Positions 18,715 through 28,049 of a DNA stretch of 61,725 nucleotides are shown here, piece by piece. The position numbers and the translations under genes are program-made. The stretch covers positions 1 to 61,725 of the IMG/VR virus record IMGVR_UViG_3300030376_007782; one strand, given 5' to 3'. The DNA comes from a virus. Taxonomy: Duplodnaviria; Caudoviricetes. The notes below the pieces were generated by a model. The model was not told the origin of the DNA and made no database searches. It saw only the letters and a list, made by a program, of their open reading frames with translations. Positions within the stretch are counted from its first letter, which is position 1; every line of letters starts with the position of its first letter.

Positions 18715-19224
18715 TTAAGTAGTAGGTTGTGAGGGCCACTCAACACTCCAGGGAAAACCTGTCTGTTGTGGGACCATTCTTAAGCTCTCACGATAGAGAG
18801 CCCAGGCGTTTTTGCCTTCCGCATCCAAAGGAGAATCTGTTAGTTGAGTCCAGTCACATTCAGTCAGTTTTTTAGTGCGTTGACTACGTACAGAAATTGC
18901 TTTAGATGCATCTAAACGAGATTCATATTCAGTTTGCTGGTGCAGTGCAGTAGTTATAACACCGTCACCATCAACAGAGTCAGTGAAAATAGGACCTACT
19001 ACGTAGCGTGTGAACCACTTACCCTCAATCTCTTCGACTCCAGATCGGACGCTGGTCTGATAAGGAGGCGTAGTGCGTGCTTGCGGTCCTTCAAAAACAG
19101 GATCCACGCCAAAATTGTTCATCGTTTCTTGACTTAAAGTCTTTGAAAACGAAGTGTTTGAGTGGCGACGACGGAATTCAGATTCCGAAATTACCTCGCC
19201 AGTTTCCCGAATACGTAATTCCAT
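18715..19224 (-). CDS. tail fibre assembly/chaperone protein
   Basis: VRSQRTKKLTECDWTQLTDSPL...WALYRESLRMVPQQTGFPWSVEWP; leaderless (TAGAAT 6 nt before ATG). Confidence 0.85.
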   Translation of the reverse strand: MELRIRETGEVISESEFRRRHSNTSFSKTLSQETMNNFGVDPVFEGPQARTTPPYQTSVRSGVEEIEGKWFTRYVVGPIFTDSVDGDGVITTALHQQTEYESRLDASKAISVRSQRTKKLTECDWTQLTDSPLDAEGKNAWALYRESLRMVPQQTGFPWSVEWPSQPTT

Positions 19225-19242
19225 AATTAAATTCTACTACTT

Positions 19243-21147
19243 TTAAGCGATGGCGAGAAACAGGTAGGTGCCACCATCGACATTTAGTGCGTCTGGGGCG
19301 GAACTCGTAACGGTAAAACCAGAAGCCAGCGGGTCGATGTAATCGGTATTTGTTACTTCTGCTGCGTCGGTGTTGAGAAGCAAGTACGGGTCATCACCAC
19401 TACCAATGCCGGTCGCTGTGTTCCAAACATACCAACCGCCAGCACCATTTTTGCGTTTGATCATTACAAATCTTGCGCCTGCAGTGAATCCGCAGTCAAC
19501 ATCAACTGCGTTACCTGTGCCAGAATAAATACCTACCTTAGATATGCCGGGTAGAGTTGCGAAGAGGTAGGAAATGAATGCCTTACTTGTACCGTTAAGA
19601 TCTCCGTAATCACCAAGTGTAAACGTTGTAGATGAATGCGTTGAACTGTTCCAGTAGTTAGAAACACTTTGCTCCGCAACGTTTCCGTTCGACGCCCCAT
19701 CCATCCTGATTGCATAGTTGGTCGTCAAATCCTTGTGATAACACCACCACCCAGCTGTATCGTTTTTACATTTGCATATGATAAACTCTGGCACACTTTC
19801 TAAATTGTGTGTAACAGTTCTACCAGCCGTTGCATTTCCATCATATTCAACCATATCAAAGAAACCTGGGGCACGTTTGAAAAAATGATAAAGACCTGTT
19901 CCAAGTAAGGCTCTCCCATTCATTCCGTCATTAGTCGCGAATGAATTATCATTAAAGATATCAACAGTCTGAGCTGAGTTGAGGTTCGTTTTGAGGACTT
20001 TTCTATTTCTAAATCTATCTATAGCTGAATGATTGAAAGAGTTACCTGACTGTATGGCACCTAAAGCCATATCTACTGTAAAACCGGTTGCTGTAGCAGT
20101 AGCGTCATTATCTACAAGTGATTTATACACTTCCGTCGCAGATTCAGGCGGCTTATTCGGACGGCGGATTGCTATGTAGATATATGTTGCACCTGATTTA
20201 TTATGACGGGCAGAACTATCCTGCAAGGTAAAACCATTAGCACTGAAATCAAAATACGGTTCGTCTTTATCAGCGTCAGTGAGGTTGGGATATAGTTCCT
20301 TGCCAACCCTCATGTTGTCCCGAATGACCCAATCTCTAGCTTCGCTAGTACATTTAATTAACACCCATTGAGGCTCAAATCCTACATCTACAAATTTACC
20401 CGCAGCGCCACTGCCCGTATATGTGCCACATTTAATAATGCTTTCATCCTCGTTAGTGCCAAACACCGGTTCGTCGTTAGCGAAAAGGTAGGCGATGTAG
20501 GTGTCGCCGTCTGTATTGACATCATTACTAATTCCCACCGTAAATTCAGTGCTAGTAGGAGCCGTGTTATTCCAATAGTTAGCACTGGGACCTACTGGAC
20601 CAGTTGTAAGATCTAGTATTTCCGCTTTTGTTGGACCTAAACTTGTGTGATAAACAAGCCAATTAGTTCCTCCAGTATTAGTACACTTGACGATCATCAT
20701 GCCCGGTGTACTTTTTAAATTATGAGCCACAGTGCGGTTAGATCCTGTACCCGTATAAGTAACTACATCAAAGAAACCAGGCGCTTTGCGGAATGACCAA
20801 GAGGCGTAGTCTACGCTGCTACTATTAACCCTTGAATTAGCTGGTACTGTGTAGCCTGTAGAAGCAAAATTGAATGAAGCTATTCCATTATTTGGGTCAG
20901 TATTATTGCTTTTTAAGTAAAAATTACCCCTTTCACTGTCTACCCAAATATGATCGGCAAAGGTTGCGCTAGTTCTGTTTTTTGTCCAAACCAATCCACC
21001 TTCACCAGCTAAATCAATACCATTCGGAATCGTCTTTGTACTACCATTACCATCATACAAAAACGTACTAAAAACATCATCAACGTAAGTTGCATCATCA
21101 GCAGCCCCGGCAGCACCTTGAATTAAACGTAGAGTAGTAGGATCCAT
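19243..21147 (-). CDS. tail fibre protein (DUF7483-like repeats)
   Basis: Repeated FRKAPGFFDVVTYTG, HNLxSxP, CGTYTG, GFEPQWVLIK; ends YLFLAIA. Confidence 0.8.
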   Translation of the reverse strand: MDPTTLRLIQGAAGAADDATYVDDVFSTFLYDGNGSTKTIPNGIDLAGEGGLVWTKNRTSATFADHIWVDSERGNFYLKSNNTDPNNGIASFNFASTGYTVPANSRVNSSSVDYASWSFRKAPGFFDVVTYTGTGSNRTVAHNLKSTPGMMIVKCTNTGGTNWLVYHTSLGPTKAEILDLTTGPVGPSANYWNNTAPTSTEFTVGISNDVNTDGDTYIAYLFANDEPVFGTNEDESIIKCGTYTGSGAAGKFVDVGFEPQWVLIKCTSEARDWVIRDNMRVGKELYPNLTDADKDEPYFDFSANGFTLQDSSARHNKSGATYIYIAIRRPNKPPESATEVYKSLVDNDATATATGFTVDMALGAIQSGNSFNHSAIDRFRNRKVLKTNLNSAQTVDIFNDNSFATNDGMNGRALLGTGLYHFFKRAPGFFDMVEYDGNATAGRTVTHNLESVPEFIICKCKNDTAGWWCYHKDLTTNYAIRMDGASNGNVAEQSVSNYWNSSTHSSTTFTLGDYGDLNGTSKAFISYLFATLPGISKVGIYSGTGNAVDVDCGFTAGARFVMIKRKNGAGGWYVWNTATGIGSGDDPYLLLNTDAAEVTNTDYIDPLASGFTVTSSAPDALNVDGGTYLFLAIA

Positions 21148-21152
21148 TTATA

Positions 21153-21743
21153 TCAAGTTGTGTAGTCAACAAGAGAAGATGCACGCCAAGTACTACCAGT
21201 GTCGTCAGTGACAAACATAAACAGGTGTGTTTTACCAGTTGTCAGTGTTGGAGCAGTAGATGCAGGCCATTCAATCGAAGTATCCCAAGAAATTGTTCCG
21301 CCTGTATGCTCAACTTCGTAAGTCAAACTATATGAATTAGCTGGAATTGGAGCAACAAAGTATACAAGAGAGTCTGTGCTCAGTGTAGCTGTGAAGTAAT
21401 TACCAGAGGCACAAGGAATACCACTCCCATTTGCGCCTAATGCCGTGACCACAGAGCGGAGTTGTCCACCCAGGATGCCTCCTGAAACAGCAAGCTTGGT
21501 ATCGGCGTAAGCAATCCCTGCGTTACCTGACGCGAGAGCAACACCAGCATCAACAAGAGCTGCATTACCAGAAGCAAGAGCTTCGTGTGCTACATCACCG
21601 CTTGCACTGGCGGCATAACGTACATCTAAAACGCCAACATCTACCCTTTGGTTAGTTACACCAGAGGCTCGGACAATAGGAAAGTAATCACCGCTCGCAA
21701 CCGTTGTAATCGCACCAAGTTGCGAAATCTTTTGGCTAGCCAT
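21153..21743 (-). CDS. tail protein
   Basis: MASQKISQL N-term, ALASGNA repeats, WPASTAPTLTTGKTHLFMFVTDD. Confidence 0.75.
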   Translation of the reverse strand: MASQKISQLGAITTVASGDYFPIVRASGVTNQRVDVGVLDVRYAASASGDVAHEALASGNAALVDAGVALASGNAGIAYADTKLAVSGGILGGQLRSVVTALGANGSGIPCASGNYFTATLSTDSLVYFVAPIPANSYSLTYEVEHTGGTISWDTSIEWPASTAPTLTTGKTHLFMFVTDDTGSTWRASSLVDYTT

Positions 21744-21748
21744 GCGAT

Positions 21749-22228
21749 TTAAGCAGATGCGGTCTCTAGATCAATAGTCGATCCGTCTTCTAATAATAAC
21801 CCTTCAATTAGTAATCCGACACTGGTTTCAAGAAGGATAACTGAATTCGAGTTAACAGTAAGCTGAGGGGGCATAGTTTCAATAGATAAAGTTGTGGGAG
21901 TGACGACACGACCCACATTCGTTAAGAAAGCGTCGGTAGAAACAGTTGTCAGCTCAACAGCAAAGTCACTGAAAGAAATCAGTAAACCAGGAGTAAGAAT
22001 GGATAAATACCTAAAGTCACCAGGAGTTAAACCAGAATAACCAGTGTAAATACCGTCAGCATTAATGCGAAGTATGGCTCCAGAACTTACCGTATCAACG
22101 GCAATACCTAGAACAGAGGCGTTAGTGACTGTATCGGCTTTAGCAAGCGCAGCCTGCCCAGTTGAAGTCACATAGACCGCTTCACCAGCAGAGATATTTT
22201 CGCTAGCAATTAAACTCGCAATAGCCAT
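21749..22228 (-). CDS. virion structural protein
   Basis: ASENISAGEAVYV...GLTPGDFRYLS; C-term LLLEDGSTIDLE. Confidence 0.7.
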   Translation of the reverse strand: MAIASLIASENISAGEAVYVTSTGQAALAKADTVTNASVLGIAVDTVSSGAILRINADGIYTGYSGLTPGDFRYLSILTPGLLISFSDFAVELTTVSTDAFLTNVGRVVTPTTLSIETMPPQLTVNSNSVILLETSVGLLIEGLLLEDGSTIDLETASA

Positions 22229-22434
22229 CTCTGCTTAAAACCATATGCTTAAGTTTAGCGCTTTCCCTGGCCACGGTATTTCTTCCTGCCTCTACGTACA
22301 GGACGTGAGTGACGGCCATTACCAATAGAAGTGGTTTTTGGTTTGAAAAAAATGTTGTTAGAAGTGTGCGCCTTAGCCTTCGACATTTTTATGAGGGAGT
22401 TCCAGTAAGCTTAGCGAGTAGCAACAAGCTGTCA

Positions 22435-23376
22435 TCAAGTATTTGCGTCAACCCAAGTTGTGCCATTCCAAACCTTGAGTGCGTTGGCTGTATCGTCATA
22501 CCAACCTTCTCCAGGAACTTGTGCAGAAGGTGCAGCGGTTGAGTAAGCGAACGAACGACGAGGACCAGACTCGTACCAACCGGAGGTAACAGCGTCGTAC
22601 ACAAATATTGATCCAACTAGTTCGTGGAAGAAAGCCGATCCATCACGAGGTGGTGCATTAGTTCCTGTTCCCGAAGGAGGAGTAGTTCCTTTAAGAATAA
22701 TTCCTTCAGCGTTGGTTTGATACCAATTCGGTTGAGTGACAGAACCACCGGATGCGTAAACAAACATTCGACCTTGGTTAACGTCGAACCACAGATCACC
22801 GGTTCCGTAACCAGTACCAGGAGAACCTGAAACAGTAACGGATACACCGCTTCCACCGCCTCCTCCACCGCCGCCTTGAGTGTCTGTACCACTAACAATG
22901 ACGGAGGTTCCGCTGTAACTAATAGTTACAGACCCTTCATCGAGGAAGTGGCCTGAGACAACGTTGTCGTATACAGCGTCGTAATCGACGTTGACAACAG
23001 CGCCGCCTTGAGTCAGGTAGATACCAGAACCAGCACCGATCGAAAGACCAGAAGCTGAAACTACACTCGCATTAATAATTGTAGAAGTACCAGAAGAGGT
23101 GAAGTAAATACCCGACCCAGGTGCGATGTCTGAAGCTCCTCCACCGCCTCCAGAAATACCAGATATAGAGGTATTTAAGTCTTCTAAAGCCCTGACAACA
23201 CCGTCGAAGTTGGGTTCATATCCATAAGGACACCGAGAGTAAGATACTGTTCCCACACCACTAACCGTGTCGATAATTTGTGAGATAACGGTAACTATGC
23301 CGTTAAAATTAGCCTCATGCAGGGCACGAGGTAGAGAGCCGTGCGTTGCGCACGGAGGAATATTTCTTTCCGGCAT
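22435..23376 (-). CDS. Gly/Ser-rich tail protein
   Basis: GDLWFD and GEGWYD...LKVWNGTTW tail-fibre motifs; poly-Gly linkers. Confidence 0.75.
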   Translation of the reverse strand: MPERNIPPCATHGSLPRALHEANFNGIVTVISQIIDTVSGVGTVSYSRCPYGYEPNFDGVVRALEDLNTSISGISGGGGGASDIAPGSGIYFTSSGTSTIINASVVSASGLSIGAGSGIYLTQGGAVVNVDYDAVYDNVVSGHFLDEGSVTISYSGTSVIVSGTDTQGGGGGGGGSGVSVTVSGSPGTGYGTGDLWFDVNQGRMFVYASGGSVTQPNWYQTNAEGIILKGTTPPSGTGTNAPPRDGSAFFHELVGSIFVYDAVTSGWYESGPRRSFAYSTAAPSAQVPGEGWYDDTANALKVWNGTTWVDANT

Positions 23377-23394
23377 CAGTAATAAACGCCCTCC

Positions 23395-23595
23395 CTATTT
23401 TGAGTTTAGCTCATTTTTATAGCTGCTTTCACCTTTTACTACTAAAGAACCATTAGAAGAATGAAAAGTGAACTCTTCGGCCAACTTCCAAGCAGGTATT
23501 CCTAGAAGATCAGCCTTGCGTTTAAGAGCGCTCCAAGAAAGGTCTGCAGAAGCTTGCATATGAGTTGAAGTCATGAGTCTCATGCAATTACTCAA
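23395..23595 (-). CDS. hypothetical protein (start uncertain)
   Basis: WSALKRKADLLGIPAWKLAEE helical motif. Confidence 0.45.
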   Translation of the reverse strand: MSNCMRLMTSTHMQASADLSWSALKRKADLLGIPAWKLAEEFTFHSSNGSLVVKGESSYKNELNSK

Positions 23596-23997
23596 AGCTT
23601 AACAAATTAAGAAGAAAACCGCAAAGGTCATAAAAAACAACCTCAAAGGGTCGCATGAGGCTTAGTCAGAAAGGATGTGCCATTTGTATCCTTTAGTGAA
23701 CATTTCCAATTACAACAAAACCACGTGCGTTTATCGTTCTGATCTAGTTTGAGAAGTTTCTGGAAATCAGGTTCTTGACAAAGTGTCGTCAAGTTGGAAT
23801 TTATATAGTTATTTAAAAAGTATTTTATAAGTACTGGGGTTTGACCCTGTCGCAGAGGTGAATCTGCATATAAAGTCCCAAAAAAGCGACTTACGTCAAA
23901 AAAACCTTTGTTATAGAAAGTTTGAGAAGGGGGGTTTCGGACTTCCGAAAGCATCAAAGCAAACCATGTACTTGTATGCGTTTAGTATGTTAGGATC

Positions 23998-24723
23998 ATG
24001 AGACAAGAACAAGAAAATCACTCTGTTTTGGATAAGGCGACTCTGTTGACGAGGCTTTTTGGAGTCTTAGATCCCTCTTTGGATGCCACGCCGGAGGGTT
24101 CCGTCATTCGCACGAAGATCCAGGGTTTTTGGGAAGTTTCCGAGTACCAAAACGGATCTTCTTTTAACTGTCGCTGTGGACGATCGGAGCCTTTCTTCCT
24201 GCCCTTAGAACATGTGGAGCGACATCCTCTTAGAGAGGCTTCTGCGGGGTGTCATGTCTGTCAAAACGCTCTTCATTGGGCCACAACCAAAGCTGAGAGG
24301 CTTGGAGCGTGGATTGACTCTCGTAGGGCTGTCATCAACACAGAAGAGCACCTAGAGCTACCAGGCGACTGTGGTCAGCTCTATATCAAAGATCCGAACG
24401 AAAGCAACCCTTGCGCTATTATTCGCACACGTCACTTCGTGTATACTCATTTCTATAGAAAACCTGTTCCACACGGGTTTTGTGTTATTAGCACCTGTAG
24501 AAAGAGTTTATGCCTAAATCCACACCACTTATGTCTAAGTCCAGTTCGTCACAGCAAGCTCAGCACTCGTACTCGAAAATTAATAGAGAAGCTATCCTCT
24601 TTGGGGATGTCCCCAAAAACGATCCAACTCTTTTTGCGCGAAGAGCACTCCGTAGAGCTTTCGGTGAGATCCGTGCAGCGGACGTTAAAAGAAGCAAGAG
24701 AATTAGAAAATTGCGTTTTCTGA
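23998..24723 (+). CDS. Zn-binding His-Me/HNH-like protein with C-terminal HTH
   Basis: CxC, CxxC, CRKSLCLNPHHL, LSSLGMSPKTIQ...LSVRSVQRTL. Confidence 0.65.
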   Translation: MRQEQENHSVLDKATLLTRLFGVLDPSLDATPEGSVIRTKIQGFWEVSEYQNGSSFNCRCGRSEPFFLPLEHVERHPLREASAGCHVCQNALHWATTKAERLGAWIDSRRAVINTEEHLELPGDCGQLYIKDPNESNPCAIIRTRHFVYTHFYRKPVPHGFCVISTCRKSLCLNPHHLCLSPVRHSKLSTRTRKLIEKLSSLGMSPKTIQLFLREEHSVELSVRSVQRTLKEARELENCVF

Positions 24724-24938
24724 TTTATGAGCTACAGTCCATACAGCCAGCGGAGCTAGAACACATTTCGGGCGCTATAGGGCAGTCCAAAAATACCACC
24801 AAAGACCAACTAGACAAGTTAATTGCTTGTGACCTAGTAGTAAAAACAGTATTTGAAAAGCACACTCTGTACTGTATAAACGGTCTTTACAACAAAACTA
24901 TTTCTTCAAAAATTATCGATGGACTATTCGACAACTAG
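24510..24938 (+). CDS. winged-helix DNA-binding protein (start uncertain, possibly TTG 24711)
   Basis: AELEHISGAIGQSKNTTKDQLDKLIACDLVVK wHTH pattern. Confidence 0.55.
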   Translation: MPKSTPLMSKSSSSQQAQHSYSKINREAILFGDVPKNDPTLFARRALRRAFGEIRAADVKRSKRIRKLRFLIYELQSIQPAELEHISGAIGQSKNTTKDQLDKLIACDLVVKTVFEKHTLYCINGLYNKTISSKIIDGLFDN

Positions 24939-25362
24939 TTTTAAGGAGACTCCCACGCTGGCTATAAAGTGGGATTCTGCTTTTGTTATAGAGAATCTAC
25001 CTCCCTGGGTTTATAAAAATAATCTCATGCCTTTGAGCATGAACGAGTGCAATGCAAAGCTCTCGTCTCTCGACCACACATTATCCGACATGGATCTGCA
25101 GATAGAGGTTAAGAGGTGTGAAAAGAGAATTGCTGAACTAACAGACGGCTCTTTTGACGAGGTCGACTTTTACGAGCGTTTGCGTAAAATCCATAAAGCA
25201 AAGCAGTCAACTCTGTACGTTATAAGCGCTCTGAAGTACTGGAAGCATCTTAATACAAACACAGTGTGTGCCGGATCTGACGACAAATTCAGTACTCTTG
25301 TTGAATTACTGATCGAAGACCCACCAAATTTTGTGGATCAGGCAAGAAACCTACTAAGCTAG
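24919..25362 (+). CDS. hypothetical protein
   Basis: 147-aa ORF with coiled coil. Confidence 0.65.
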   Translation: MDYSTTSFKETPTLAIKWDSAFVIENLPPWVYKNNLMPLSMNECNAKLSSLDHTLSDMDLQIEVKRCEKRIAELTDGSFDEVDFYERLRKIHKAKQSTLYVISALKYWKHLNTNTVCAGSDDKFSTLVELLIEDPPNFVDQARNLLS

Positions 25363-25363
25363 C

Positions 25364-25416
25364 GGTGACTGTCTTGTAAGAACCGCCTTGACAGTCACCA
25401 GAGGTTGAGGCATCAT
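25364..25416 (+). promoter_or_regulatory. sigma70-type promoter with overlapping inverted-repeat operator
   Basis: TTGACA(25388)-N17-CATCAT; perfect 10-bp IR GGTGACTGTC / GACAGTCACC overlapping the -35. Confidence 0.6.
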
Positions 25417-25501
25417 TTTTGTGGTTTCTGATCCTCACGTAAGCCTCCTGGTTGCCAAGTACTTGGTGGCCTAGGGGGTCCTCCTTTCTATTTTTTTTAC
25501 T

Positions 25502-25828
25502 ATGGACATCACTCAACTAACAAAACAGCTTCGTGACATTGCAAGTACTTTGGACAGTATCGATGCTTCACTTCAATCCATGTCTCAATCTGATGAGAAA
25601 GAGACTAGAGCGTTTGTGAGCAAAAGAACTATCTGCAGCAGACTAAACGTACCTTCAGTAGCTCTAGACAAACTCATTCATCAAGGTGTTGCATCAGGTG
25701 GAGATAGTGGATTAGTTGAAGGTGTACACTTCTGCAGAACAGACCCAGATGAAAGAAACAGTTCCAAGTTCCTCTATGATTCCCAACGTATCCTGAACTC
25801 AGCTTGGAAAAGTTTTAAAAATGTTTAA
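25502..25828 (+). CDS. hypothetical DNA-binding protein (excisionase/HTH-like)
   Basis: SKRTICSRLNV...GLVEGVHF...FLYD. Confidence 0.55.
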   Translation: MDITQLTKQLRDIASTLDSIDASLQSMSQSDEKETRAFVSKRTICSRLNVPSVALDKLIHQGVASGGDSGLVEGVHFCRTDPDERNSSKFLYDSQRILNSAWKSFKNV

Positions 25829-26237
25829 CGAGAAGAGAGTAAACGATTTACGCAAGATGCTGTTCAGTGGGAATGAGTCTGAACGGATGATGTCAGCAGG
25901 TGTACTAAGGACAATTTTTTCAGACATAACTAGATTGTATTTTGAGAACAAGCAAGCACTGGGTTTAGGTTTACTTGTTTTTAATCCAGAAGCACCTGAT
26001 AAAAGCAAGTACATAACTAAAGGAGATCTTGAGAATGATCTCTCTTTAGCTCAAGAGGACTGCAACTCCGTCTTTGAGGAGGGTTTTCAAAAGATGATTA
26101 ACGTCATCGAGAAAGAGAAAGACTCTGACCTTGCAATCGTCGCAATGGCTTACGAGGACGGTATAGCAGTCAACCTCATCGATCCCGATCAAATCAACGA
26201 AACAATCGACGAACTCAGCAACGGACTTGTTTACTGA
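25821..26237 (+). CDS. hypothetical protein
   Basis: 138-aa ORF in tightly packed operon. Confidence 0.65.
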   Translation: MFNEKRVNDLRKMLFSGNESERMMSAGVLRTIFSDITRLYFENKQALGLGLLVFNPEAPDKSKYITKGDLENDLSLAQEDCNSVFEEGFQKMINVIEKEKDSDLAIVAMAYEDGIAVNLIDPDQINETIDELSNGLVY

Positions 26238-26515
26238 TGACTACTAGCACCAAAAGAAAACGCGAAGCAAAACCCAGATTTGCGGTAGGCGACACTGTCC
26301 AAGAAAACAGTCACAACATACTCATAAACTCACCAGGAGCTGCACAATCTAAAGCTAAGTTCAAGGGACTCAGGGTAGGCGAGGTAAAAAACGTAGTAAC
26401 TAAAGCTAATAAAGGAGGAGCTAAGTGTTTTTACTACGAAGTACTTTGGAAAGACATGCAAAGTACTCAAACTATTTCTCAAGTGAGGTTAGTTTTAGCT
26501 GATGGTGCTTGCTAG
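26237..26515 (+). CDS. hypothetical SH3-like beta-barrel protein
   Basis: PRFAVGDTV...GEVKNV...YYEVLW pattern. Confidence 0.6.
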   Translation: MTTSTKRKREAKPRFAVGDTVQENSHNILINSPGAAQSKAKFKGLRVGEVKNVVTKANKGGAKCFYYEVLWKDMQSTQTISQVRLVLADGAC

Positions 26516-27080
26516 TAGAGATTTTGTTTCACCTATAGATTTGATTGCTACTACCACGGCATTCTTTGACGGTGAAATAGATCTCGACCCTGCTTCTAGC
26601 GAACACGCGAACACTGTTGTCCAAGCAAAGCGTTACTTTACGTGGAAAAACAATGGGTTATTGCAGGATTGGACCTGTAGAAATTTATATTTGTTTCCAC
26701 CTCGTGAGCTGCTGCTTAAAAGCGAGCAACCAAAACCCACTGCTTTGTTCACAAAAACTCTCCAATACAGAAAATCTGCTCAAAGAGTTTGGTTAGAGCT
26801 TTGTTACCAGAAGTGGTTAAAGAAAGAATTTAATCAGGCAGTTACACTTATAACGTCTACTGAAGTAGCACTACTAGTTACACAAAAAATAGGAATAGAC
26901 CTTCCGATGTGTGTCCTAAAGAAAAAACCAAAGCTGCTGAACGATGACGAAAACCTTAAGCCTTTAAGATCTACAAAAGTGCTTGGTTTTATATTTTATT
27001 TTCCTCCTCCGGATAATCTAGAGGAGAGCATACAGAAGTTCAGTACTTTCTATAGTACGTTGGGTCGTGTGTACTGTTGA
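26502..27080 (+). CDS. phage Dam-like N6-adenine MTase homolog with altered motif IV
   Basis: GEIDLDPASS...AKRYFT...NGLLQDW; LYLFPPR where NPPY is expected. Confidence 0.7.
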   Translation: MVLASRDFVSPIDLIATTTAFFDGEIDLDPASSEHANTVVQAKRYFTWKNNGLLQDWTCRNLYLFPPRELLLKSEQPKPTALFTKTLQYRKSAQRVWLELCYQKWLKKEFNQAVTLITSTEVALLVTQKIGIDLPMCVLKKKPKLLNDDENLKPLRSTKVLGFIFYFPPPDNLEESIQKFSTFYSTLGRVYC

Positions 27081-27300
27081 GAGGATCTTTTGTGTCCCAA
27101 TTATCATCAGGACCAAACTTATCTTTATCGGCAAAACCTAGCCCACGGGGGTTACCACTTGGTCGCACTTCCTTGTTCTTTTTCTCAATACCGAAGAGTT
27201 CTCCGGCAAAACGCATTGACTTAGTTTCTTTTTCGACGTGATGTGATCGCCGAAAAGCTTTACTGTCTGCTCTTCTTTCTACCGAAGTGGGTCTAAGCAT
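27040..27300 (-). CDS. small basic hypothetical protein
   Basis: 86 aa, contains MRFAGE motif. Confidence 0.65.
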   Translation of the reverse strand: MLRPTSVERRADSKAFRRSHHVEKETKSMRFAGELFGIEKKNKEVRPSGNPRGLGFADKDKFGPDDNWDTKDPLNSTHDPTYYRKY

Positions 27301-28028
27301 CAGACATTATAGTTCATAAGGGACTGACCAGGGCCAGCACCGTCAGCCATTGCACGAGTGTATTCGTTGACTTGAGGTCGACCAAAGTTCATCATGCTCA
27401 CTGCATCTGGATCATCCATGTACGTAATCAGGGGATTTTTTTGGTTGTAACCAACTTCTGGACTGAAGTCGAGAGCATTAGGGAAGATCTTGCGAGGATC
27501 TGTGCTGATAACTTTCTGGTATGCATCCATAGCAGGTGAGTTAAGTAGCCCAAACTCTTCTCGTGCATTGTTGATGGTTCCTCCCAACTTGCTTGTGTAG
27601 TCACTTAGGTCAGGTCGCTCGTTACGGAGCACATCTGTGTACTGCGTTGTTAGCCCACGGGAGATATCTTCAAAGTATTGTTTATACGCACTAACAGCGT
27701 CAGAAGTAGTGTTACCGGTAAAGGTGTCGTTTAGTTTTTGAAGATCGAGAATTTTAGTTTCGTACTCTGTTGCTCTCCGATCCAACTCATCTGTAGATTT
27801 TCGTACGCTCTCTTCCAGTTCTTCTATTGCTTTCTTGTAACCATCTGCACCACCAGAACTACCGCTACTACCAAAAGCTCCTATAACGCTTCCGATGCCG
27901 CCAAGAGCACGACCGATATCCTGAAAATTGATGTTTTTTCCTGCAGTTGCTGCTCCCGTACCAAAATTTTTGTTTGCTTCGCCTAAATACGTGGTTGCGG
28001 CATCAGATGGTGACGTAAGTCCAGCCAT
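27300..28028 (-). CDS. putative internal virion/ejection protein
   Basis: Gly-rich hydrophobic stretch followed by coiled coil. Confidence 0.55.
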   Translation of the reverse strand: MAGLTSPSDAATTYLGEANKNFGTGAATAGKNINFQDIGRALGGIGSVIGAFGSSGSSGGADGYKKAIEELEESVRKSTDELDRRATEYETKILDLQKLNDTFTGNTTSDAVSAYKQYFEDISRGLTTQYTDVLRNERPDLSDYTSKLGGTINNAREEFGLLNSPAMDAYQKVISTDPRKIFPNALDFSPEVGYNQKNPLITYMDDPDAVSMMNFGRPQVNEYTRAMADGAGPGQSLMNYNV

Positions 28029-28049
28029 TTTCTTAAATCAAACCTACAC

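Noticed and set aside
23643-23957. 104-aa minus-strand ORF
   Set aside because: No recognisable motifs, lies in an AT-rich IR-rich intergenic region; probably spurious
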